Positions 1 through 9,751 of a stretch of 20,000 nucleotides of DNA are shown one piece after another (the stretch's first letter is position 1; every line of letters begins with the position of its first letter). Origin of the DNA: Ancylonema sp. (taxonomy: Eukaryota); assembly GCA_050230475.1 (NCBI GenBank), contig JBFLGF010000115.1, positions 56,666 to 76,665 of the forward strand, written 5' to 3'. Below the pieces are notes generated by a model, which saw nothing but the letters and a program-made list of their open reading frames with translations, was not told the DNA's origin and did no database searches. A program made the translations under genes and the position numbers.

Positions 1-825
1 ATGACAGGAAGTTGCGAAGGTCACTTCGGTCAACTTACAGAATTTGTCGACGGTAGTCGCACTAGTAATTGTAGTCAAGATACATAGATGATGACAAGAA
101 CTGGCGTCAGCCAGGAGTTGCAGAATTCAGAGAATACAATAGATAGGATTTGAAGAGAATATATTTTGAAAGTTTCTTGACGGCGCAATCTGACAGCGGA
201 AGCTGGCAGATCTGTAAATTGAAAATGTATTTATGCTGCAATCGTCTAATCGTACAAACTAACTAGAGTTTAATCGACAAGGTCAATCGATAGGTTGTAC
301 TCTAGAAAGTTCTATTTAATCTTGGCGCTACAAATTCAGACGTCAAGTATTCTACGGCTGGATTTTGTCGCCGGGATAATATCGACAAGTCAGAAATATC
401 ATCATCAATAACAAACTTGCGCTAAGCGCTGAAAAATCGACACGCAGTCTAAGTTGTACGACTGCTGGATATTATACTCGGAAAATACGCCACGCGTTAT
501 TTTCGAGTTTACAAAAAAGTTGTTGGATTTTGCGGAGACTGCTTCTATCTTCACACAAAATCATGAAATCTTTATATCGAATCTGATTGCTTCTAACAAG
601 GTATTTTACTAGAGAGGTCTGGATATTGTTACAAAGGGGTTTTTTAGCGTCATGACAGCTGACGTGCGGTTTGGATGGTGTAGGGGATGTGAGTTCGCAA
701 GAGGACCAACAGATGGACCAATCTCTTATTTTGGAGCCTCTGTTTGAGGAAGGTGGGGGAGATGCAATGAACCTCGATCATGATGACGCGGTCGTGATCC
801 TTCTTATCACCGATACATCATCCAC

Positions 826-1170
826 GTGTGCTTATTCATCCAACCCCGACGCTGGGCACCCACTTGGGCTGGCTCTCCGAGTTCCATGATAGATACGCAA
901 GAGGGGATGGAGACGGATGATGAGGAATACTTTCTCGCATACGAAAGTCTAGAAGCTTCTAAAGACATGGACTCTTCCGACGACGAAGGTGAAGGGGATG
1001 TCTTGATGGAAGTTGGAGAGGAGGAGGCGGCGGTGGCGGTGGTGATGGAATGGGGACGGGAGGAGGAGATGTGTGACGTCTTCTTTGAAGCGCAGGTGGA
1101 GCGTGGAATGCAATACTGGTTGCCACAAGCCTGCCACGTCTCACCCCATGTGGGAGATGCCCCTCATGAC
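826..1170 (+). pseudogene. 5' part of an acidic ORF interrupted by the copia insertion
   Basis: Asp/Glu-rich frame (METDDEEYF...SSDDEGEGD...) whose TAA stop is supplied by the first three LTR bases (1171-1173). It continues in frame at 7677. Confidence 0.45.
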
Positions 1171-1645
1171 TAAAACGATTTGTCACTTAACGCGGTAGCG
1201 CACAAGTTCACTGCTTTACAATACACGACAACAAACTGTACGGTAAAGCAACAGCGTTTTGGTCAGCGATTTGGTATGATTGTGAAATGTAATTAGAAAA
1301 GCATTCTCGTCGGGCTAATGTACCCGACGTGGCGACACCGGTACAATCATTACTGAACACTTTTCTAACCGACGGTCGGAACTATCGACCGCCGTCGTGC
1401 TACCGCACGTGTGTCTAGGACACGACTGTCACCACACAAATCCAACTAATGGAGTGGTGACACCGCATAGCATACTACAACGACTACTAGTTTGGTCACG
1501 TCCGTGCAAGTGTGGACGTGCCGTGTGCGGACGGATACCCGGGTATAGCATTCCCGGCTCCGTGTCCTAAAAGGCTAAAAGGCAATTTAGCCGGACAAAG
1601 CAAACAAAGTTATTTTCGAGCCTATCCGAACTCAAATTCCTAACA
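1171..1645 (-). repeat. 3' LTR of copia element
   Basis: Direct repeat of 7206-7672, with about 17 substitutions and about 6 short indels by manual alignment. On the minus strand it starts TGTTAGG right after the PPT and ends CGTTTTA. Confidence 0.95.
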
Positions 1646-1654
1646 CACCCCCTC
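1646..1654 (-). other. Polypurine tract (PPT)
   Basis: Minus-strand GAGGGGGTG lies immediately 5' of the TG that starts the 3' LTR. Confidence 0.8.
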
Positions 1655-2203
1655 GGATGCACAGCCTTGTTTGGCATCTAGTGCAAAAGAGGACTACCCT
1701 ACAATAGCCGGGTAATTAGTTGGTCTTCCCTAGTCAAATATAATCACTAGGGGCTCCTATCTATATCATCTCAAATCATTACGCATGAACAAACGCTAAC
1801 GATCCCGATCCTTGTCGTTTTTCGGGCCGAATCCCTGAACATACAAACAAAAACAACAAGTAAGTACAAACAAAAACATAAAAATTCATTTTTCACTTTC
1901 CAGTTTTGAATCCGAAAATTTTAAACTTGCATAACTTCTTGAAAACATAACAAATCACTCTCAGACTTTGACACAACACTTGCAAGAGCAATATCAACAT
2001 ACATGAAAATTCAGATCAAAACAAGTTTAGGTGGAAAAAAGTTCAGTTTTCAGATTTTAACTTTTTCACATTTTTCTGGACTTTAAGACATTTTAAAGTT
2101 TGAGAGTTGGAAGGGACTCAGCTTTTAAAAAGAATAGTAGTCCTCCACATCTGTGTCATACAAATCACCCCCTGCCAGATTAGACAGTGGATCCGAAATC
2201 TCC

Positions 2204-5200
2204 TCACCAGCAACACCTGTTTATTTTACTTTTCCAAAACCTACAAACTTTGAACTTTGTGTGCCTATCTAGCAAAAGTTGAGGCAAGACCTTAGTCAAC
2301 ATATCTGCTGGTTGCAAGTCCCCACTAAGATGTACATATCTCAGTCGACCATTTTTGTGGCATTCTCTGACCCAATGACAGACAACGTTAAAGTGTTTGG
2401 CTTTCTGGCGTTGGACTGGGTTGATGATCATAGACAAGGCTGAGTTTGAGTCAGTATGAACAGTAATCTGGACTGGCATCTTAAGCTCATGGAGGAGCGA
2501 CTTAAAGCAGCACTCTTTACTGACACTACATGCTGCAATATACTACTCTGCCTCTGCTTTGTGCCACTGTGGTTTGCTTCTGACTCTTCCAACTGAGGGC
2601 TGTCCCTCCTACTGTGGTGACCCATCCTGTGACTGACTTAGCTGTCATAGGGCAACTGTTGAAACTTGCATCACAAAAACCTTTTATTTCCAAACTTTTC
2701 TTTCCCACAAACGTAAGACCGTGATCCTGAGTACCCTTTTGATAGCGGAAGAGATGATGAAGTGCCTTGATATGATTAGGGCCAGGGTTGGACATGTGTT
2801 TTGCTAGCTAGCACTCCTACGGGCAATGTCTAATCTGGTTGGTCTGTTTCATAGCATAGATTAAACTTCCTATCTTCCCTCTAAAGTCTGTGATAATTTC
2901 AGGGGGGAAGGGGGGAAAGAGGGTTCATCACTTAGGGAGAATTGGGTTCCAGGGGCAAGGGGAAGTTTGTTGGGTTACAGTCCCCCATACCATACCTATC
3001 CAGCACTTGTCTCACATACCCGCCCTGAGATAGTGTTAACATTCTGCACCCCCTATCACGTCTCACTTCCACCCCCAGGATGTGGGTTAGGGGACCTAAG
3101 TCTTTCAATCTTGAAAGCTGACCCTGACTCCTTCTTAAACTCAGCAATGACCTTTTTATTAGGACCTACAATGACCTGATCATCTACATGAATACCCAAA
3201 ATAATTCTGCTCTGACCTCCACCCCTGGTATATATACATGTGTCCATAATAGACTGTCGGAAACCCACTTTCATCATGAACTCACTAAACATCTTAGCCC
3301 AGACGTGGCTACTCTGTTAAGACCATAGAGGGCACCTCGAACTCTTAACACCTTTCCCTCACTACCACGTGGGATATTCATACCCGGGGGAATCGTCATG
3401 TAAATCTCTTCTTCTAACCGACCATGCAAGAATGCAGTCACTACGTCCATACCCTCGATTTCCCAGTCATTCTGGTTAGCTATAGCAAGCAGCAAGGAAA
3501 TAGAAGTGCTATCTACAACAGGTGCAAACACCTCGTTGTAGTCGACACCCTCTTGCTGCAAAAATCCCTGAGCTACCAGTCTGACCCTATGCCTCTCGAT
3601 CTCACCAGAAGGCAAGGTTTGAGTTTGAAGACATCTTTACAGCCAACAGGCCGTTTTCCAGCTGGAAGCACACACACTTCGAAGGTCTTGAAATCCTTCA
3701 GCGACTGCAGCTCAGTCTGAATAGCCTCCTCCCACCTGCTGCCAATCAGGTCGTTTCTTTGCTTGGTTAAGGGTGAGTAGGTCAGAAGAGTTAGCTGTCT
3801 GGCTAGCAAGAACATAACCTGGATCAACTGGCCCATTAAAAACCCGTGAAAAAATAGGAAGGCTCAAAGTTGTCAACAGGCATCTTGCCCACATGCAATA
3901 GCGTCAATGACATCCTCATCTAACTCTTCCCCATCACATCAGCATACATCCCCAAACTCAGCAAAATTTACCCGACGTCCCATCACGCGATCTGCGATAC
4001 TCTGATCCTCCACTCCCACTTCATCACCCCCTCCTTGCACCTCCTCATCCTCATCTGCACCCCCAATATCATTTACACCTGACTCCGAGAGCTCGATGAC
4101 TTCTGGCTAGTGTGGCTGGGCGGCTGGTACATAGGCTGCAAGGACTGCTGGTACATGGGCTGCAAGGACTGCTGGTACATGGGCTGGTGTTCTGGCTGCT
4201 GCTGCTGGGTCATCATTTTCCTCACATGGGAAAAGTTTGATGAACTGTTCATCTGAGGGAGGGGAAAGTGGCTGCGCTGCTGCCTTCTTCCCCATCAATC
4301 GGGGGTAGCCTGGCACGAAATCGTAGAAGCGCACGTCTGTCCTCACGATGAGTCCAGCTCGCAGGGGATCGAAAATCCTGTACCCTGCCTGTTCAGCTGC
4401 CATCCCCAGAAACACCCCAAAGGCTGTCCTAGATGCAAACTTAGCACTCTTAGGGTCATTATCATGACCAACCTTCAAATACTGGACCAGGCACCCGAAT
4501 GTGTGGCTGTCCTGATACCTAACCTTCTTGTTTGACCAAACTTCACTCGGTTTCTCACCCCCCAATGCTGCTGTTGGTGACCTATTCCTTAGCCAGTTTG
4601 CATGCAAAACAGCAACATCCCAATAAGACTTAGGCAGTCCACTCCACAGCAGCAGGCATCTCATTTTCTCTAGCATCTATTCAGTCTTTCACAAATCCCA
4701 TTCTGTTCAAGACTGTACGGACCTGTTAACTCATGCTTAAATCCTTTACTTTTAGCAAATTTTGTCCACTCGTGTGAGTCATACTCCCTTCCCATGTCAG
4801 TCCTGATCGACTTAAGCGGTAAGTCGGACTCGACTTCTAGCATCTGGACCAATTCCCTTGTAACTTCTAGTGCCTCACTCTTTTTCTTCAGCAAATTGAC
4901 AAAAGACACTCTTGTGCTGACCTCTATCCCTGACAGGAAATACTAGTACCCCCCATTTGCTGACATTACAGCCAAAGGCCCTACCAAATCCAAATGAATT
5001 ATACCCATCTTTTGTGCCTGACCTAGATCCTCATCACTGTCTGACCTAGACCGATGAGGCAGCTGAGTCATCTTGCCCTGGCTACAGATCTGACAGTTCT
5101 TGACCTGCTCGACCTCCTCATCAGTCAATCTCGGTATATCACCAGTTCTAGACATCTGACATAGCATGGAGACCCGGGTGACCCATCTAACGTGCAGAGC

Positions 5201-6933
5201 ATGCCAGTAGACGTGGTCAGTGCCACCAATGGCTTTGAAGCTGTAGGTGGGAGATGAACGACATGCGCAGAAAGCAGGAGTAACCCTAAACTGGTTTTCA
5301 TAACATCTGCCCACTTTTCACCCCCCCCCACAGACAGAGATGGCACCCCACTCTCACTGAGATTGAAGCCGTCTGAGCTTCCTTTGTTGAGCTTGTTGAC
5401 GGAGACGAGAGTCTGGCCCAGCGATGGCACATGAAGCGACCGCAGCCCAAAGTAGAATTTCCGGTCTCCGCAGGTCACCTGGGTTGCGACGATGCCAATT
5501 CCCATGACCTGATGAGGTCTATTGTCAGCTGTCCTGACGAAACTGCAGCTGAGGGGGACATTGGAGTCGTAGGAGTGGAACTGGTCGCGTCGAGGGAAGA
5601 CGTGGTCCGTGGCCCCTGTGTCCAGATACTGGCCCTCCTCTTCTTGCGATGCTGACAGCACCTGACTGCTGCATGGGAACATTGTCATCCCAAAATGCCC
5701 CTCTCCTACCCCTCCCTTGAAGTCGAGTGCAGCTTTTCCGAAGCTCTGTACTCCTGCAAAGTTCGCCCATCTTACTTGGCTAGCAGCATCCCTGCCTCAT
5801 TACAGTGCAGGCGTCATGATCATGGCCAGGTCGCTTGCATAGGTACACGACAAGGCATTCTGCTGCTGTTGTCCTCCTTGCTGTCGATTCTTTCCATACT
5901 GCTGCCCTCCGCTACGTTCTCCACCGAACTGCTGCCGTCCTCCTTGATGTCGGTCCCTGTCCGCCTGAGTGCTGGCTATCGGGCCGCTGCGATCGTCGGC
6001 AGTCTCGCATGAGGTGGCCTGGCGCATTGCAGTTGTGGCATTTCTTCTGAGGTCCAGCTCTTCGAGCCTGGCCACCTCCATCTCCGTTCGGGCAGCTAGT
6101 TTCGATAGTGGCCGAACTGGCTGACAACCGTGGCAAGCGGACGTTGTTGAAGTCTGGCTCTTGCTGGGGCCAGCCGCTAGGTCCGGCTCCGCCAGATCCC
6201 CCATAGTGGGCTTGCGGGCCGTCAAGAGGCTCGCCACGCTTCCGCGCGCTGACGATGAGCTTGGTGTCTTTGCGGTGTAGAGCCGAGGTGATGTGGGGGA
6301 TAGTGTAGAGGGTCGGAGAAGACTCTGCCCAGCTCTGAACGACCTCCACCATGGAGTCGTAGCGGGAGCTGAGGCAGTTTATTAGGTTTGTCGCCTGGTC
6401 TACTTCGCTGACTGGCTTCCCCAGGTGCGCATGCTCTCCATGGATGACCTGCAGTCGTTTGACAAACTGACAAACTCCTGTAAGTCTTCTGCCTCCGCCA
6501 TTACCGTAGCACTCAGTTTAGTCAGGGCATTAGCTACTTCAATAGCGCCCTGGACTTCGTAAAATGATGCACATTTCAAAAGCGTAATTACAATCCCTGA
6601 CATGGACCTACTCTAACGGACCTAAGAACCGAACAATGTAGGCCTGCGCCTTTAAGTCCTGTGCATCCTAAGCATCAACAAGTACATTCCTAGCATCGAC
6701 ATTTTGTTGGTGTGTGTTGGCAGCTGCTATTCTAGCTGCAGCATCACCAATCAATGACTCGACTACTGCCTGAGTCAGCGGCTCGATAACAGCTGGGCGA
6801 GGTATTCTCGTCCTCCCTTTGAAGCGATGACATATCAATGAAGCTCTTTCTCGATCAGGCCGAACATGACCTTAAAGGCCCATCCCTGATATGCTGCTCC
6901 GGTGAACTGGGGAATAATTGCCTTATCCGCCAT
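2204..6933 (-). pseudogene. Copia gag-pol polyprotein, disrupted by many frameshifts and stops
   Basis: ATG at 6933 begins MADKAIIPQFTGAAYQGWAFKV (copia gag N-terminus). CCHC knuckles lie at 5807-6135. Protease: YLDTGATDHV. Integrase: IHLDLVGP, IRTDMGREY, EQNGICERLNR, WLRNRSPT, HTFGC. RT: RVRLVAQGFLQQEGVDYNEVFAPV, MDVVTAFLHG, ALYGL, IHVDD, DLGPLTHILGVEV. RNase H: GFCDASF, LSWKSQKQTTVA, TDSNSAL, DLQPADMLTK. Confidence 0.95.
4123..4186. repeat. 24-bp tandem repeat (~2.7 copies) in the integrase-RT linker
   Basis: GCTGGTACAT(A/G)GGCTGCAAGGACT repeated; it encodes AHVPAVLA units on the minus strand. Confidence 0.85.
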
Positions 6934-7191
6934 CTGCACCAGAGTTAATACACAAATTCCAACACAAAATATGCAGCAGCTAACAGATCTAGCAAAACTT
7001 TGGCGGCAATTTGGAACACGAAGCTCTCAGCTCACAATGCAAAATAGAAGCAGAACGTAATTCAAAATACGAGCTAGCAATTCGGATCTAATTGCCCTAA
7101 CAATTAGGCATTTACCTTGATTTCCAGAGCAACTTTGCCTGGTGAAAACGTGGAAATCTATAGGATCCGACCGATCAGATGTCCTAGACAT

Positions 7192-7205
7192 GTGGGCCCA
7201 TAACC
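7192..7205 (-). other. Primer-binding site complementary to the internal anticodon-arm region of initiator tRNA-Met (half-tRNA priming)
   Basis: Minus strand reads GGTTATGGGCCCAC directly after the LTR. Plus-strand GTGGGCCCATAACC matches the anticodon stem-loop of eukaryotic tRNA-iMet as I recall it, the same PBS type as Drosophila copia. Confidence 0.88.
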
Positions 7206-7672
7206 TAAAACGATTTGTCACTTAACACGGTAGCGCACAAGTTCATTGCTTTACAATACACGACAATAAACTGTACGGTAAAGCAACATCGTTTTGGTAT
7301 TGTGAAATGTAGTTAGAAAAGCATTCTCGTCGGGCTAATGTACCCGACGAGGCGACAACGGTACAATCATTACTGAATACTTCTTTTCTAACCGACGGTC
7401 GGAACTATCGACTGCCGTCGTGCTACCGCACGTGTGTCTACGGCAACCTGCCGGACTCGACTGTCACCACACAAACCCAACTAATGCGGTGGTGACACCG
7501 CATAGCATACTACAACGACTACTAGTTTGGTCACGTCCGTGCAAGTGTGGACGTGCCGTGTGCGGACGGATACCCGGGTATAGCATCGGCTCCGTGTCCT
7601 AAAAGACTCGGCAATTTAGCCGGACAAAGCAAACAAGATATTTTCGTGCCTATCCGAACTCAAATTCCTAAC
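7206..7672 (-). repeat. 5' LTR of copia element
   Basis: Direct repeat of 1171-1645, followed immediately (minus strand) by the PBS GGTTATGGGCCCAC. The terminal T of the expected TG is missing at the outer end. Confidence 0.95.
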
Positions 7673-7676
7673 TGAC

Positions 7677-7880
7677 CTCGACTCATCAATGGATATGATG
7701 GTGGTTGACGGTTTGGGTGGTTTGAATGATAAGAATGGGGACTTGGTTCTTGAAACACGTGGTGGTTTGAAAAGGAAGCATAATTATGAGAGTATGTCGA
7801 ATGGCATAAGCACACTTTGGCGGACCGACCCCGAGTTGCCGAGTTTGAAATGTATTATAACAAAGGTATCACACAACTAA
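7677..7880 (+). pseudogene. 3' part of the interrupted acidic ORF
   Basis: After the duplicated TGAC the frame reads LDSSMDMMVVDGLGG...GGLKRKHNYE..., in the phase that continues ...GDAPHD at 1170. Confidence 0.4.
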
Positions 7881-9751
7881 CCAGCAAGGATGGGTTCGAG
7901 GAAGAGAATGAAGAGCAACCGCGGAAACGATTCGAGGTAGATGAGTTGAGGAACAAGTGAAGAAGGATGCACTTGAGTCCATCTTAGTAAAACCCGCGAA
8001 CACTAAGATCGGTGTTCTCATTTATTTTCCGTATACAGGAGTTTCCAAAGGATAAAGGGGGTATTTTTTTAGTGAGGAGATTCTAGGAATCGATCTCATT
8101 TTCCAATCCTCTAAATCTGATGGAAACTCCGGAAGCTTAGGGAAGTAAATGATTATGTTACCGAAGGTGTGATGTAAAGCTCACACCTGAATGCTAGCCG
8201 CTTTGAGATCTTTGGTTCTCTATTGGACAAAACCGAGTCATAACGCCCACCAAGTTTCAAGTCATGCATAACTAGGCAATGAAACACGTGCTGTGAGTGA
8301 GGGCAACGACATGTTTGAAGGAAAAATGACGTAGTGACTTGTGGATATCAATATGAATTTGAAAATCACGTGTTAATTTTCCATTTTTTTGTTCGCACTT
8401 GTTCGCAATCAATTGGCTAACTTGGAGAATAGTATCCAACCCTTTGGTTCAAGTCGTGCCTGAATAGTCCCGTACACAAGCATTGAACGTTTTTCCAAAT
8501 ATACTTGATGGAGATATTAAGGGGTATCGTATTACATAGATGTATCTTCGACATCATATGCAACACAACCCCTAAGGCCGGTCATGACATACTTCACATT
8601 GCTCACACTTCTCTCCATTTTCACTTGCCGAGGCTTCATTGTCACTTGGCAAGGCATTTACAGTGTCTTCACAACACAATCAACCCCTCCAAATTAAATA
8701 TAAAACAACACACTCTCAAAAAAACGACATGATTACTCCCGGACACCTTGACGAGTTTGGCCCGTCTCTTATTGGACGAGGTTGGTTTATCCGGCATCAA
8801 TTCAAGTGCCACTTCAATTCCCTTGAAATCTCTAGCTTGGCACCCCTAACACGGTTTAGAGCTACCGTTTCCACATACTCGGTCCCATTCTTTCCACCGA
8901 GGTTTTAACTTGGTTATAATTTGGACACATCAACGATTCGTGCTTCAAAGCGGCCGCAAGGTTGGTCACCCATTTTCACTAATTAAATACGCAAATAATT
9001 TGTTGGTTTTACCGAGACAAGCCGAAAAATCCTTCACATGTCATGGCATGAAGGTGGCTTTAGTTGCACCAATACGTGGGTTCCGTTTGCATACAACCGT
9101 TTGCATACGGCCCCATACACAATCCTTGCCGTATGTAGTTTTCCGAACGGCTTAAAAAACCTGTATGGCTCCGTCCCGGGCGTAAATATTACCGCCTGGG
9201 GTACCAGCCGGGGGCGGAGTCAATTACGGTGGGCGGGTTTCACCAACACCCACTCAAGCGGGACCAGCCGTTACCAAGAGCGGGCGGGCGGTGGAGGATG
9301 GATTCGGGCGCGGAGGGAACAACGACAGAATTCCTGTCAGTCGTCGGACCTCCTTGCCGTCTCCTTCTCTCCGTCGCGCTTGCCTTCAAATCGAGCACGG
9401 AACGGTGGCGCGAGCAGCAGGGCGATGCACTGATACGCATTCCATGTGTCCCTACTGACGGCCTATATTTTGCAAGCGGCAAATGTTTACTGTGCATGGA
9501 TGAAGCCTGACTATGTTCAAAATGTATATGTAAAAATTGTTTAGCGTGAAAGGAGCTGCCTTGTTCGGGATCATCAGATGGAGTCATAGTGAAATACCGC
9601 TGCATAATTCCGAGAAGTCAGACGTTTGGGTAATTTCTGTCGAGGGCATTTCTTCAGTAGGAAAATGCAAACCAATTACCGGTATTCTCGTTTCGCGAGA
9701 CTTTGCTGATGTTCTTCATGAGCTTCGAGTCATTTCTGATCACTGTGAAGC

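Larger units (their letters stand above)
1171..7672 (-). mobile_element. Full-length, degenerate Ty1/copia LTR retrotransposon
   Basis: Two ~470-bp direct repeats (1171-1645, 7206-7672) enclose minus-strand fragments in copia order gag-protease-integrase-RT-RNase H. The PBS abuts the 5' LTR and the PPT abuts the 3' LTR. TGAC is duplicated on both flanks (1167-1170, 7673-7676). Confidence 0.97.

Noticed and set aside
307..340. KVLFNLGATNS resembling a retroviral aspartic protease motif
   Set aside because: It lacks the catalytic Asp, is flanked by stops, and has no other recognisable gag/pol motifs nearby.
1181..1190. Canonical TG...CA boundary at the TGTCAC 10 nt inside the LTR
   Set aside because: Identity between the LTRs extends 10 nt further (TAAAACGATT), and the PBS and duplicated target abut 7206 and 1171.
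2967..6050. Plus-strand ORFs inside the copia element as antisense genes
   Set aside because: They are short shadows of the pol frame with no recognisable motifs.
7192..7205. tRNA-Met gene
   Set aside because: Only 14 nt match the anticodon arm and there is no cloverleaf; it is the retrotransposon PBS.
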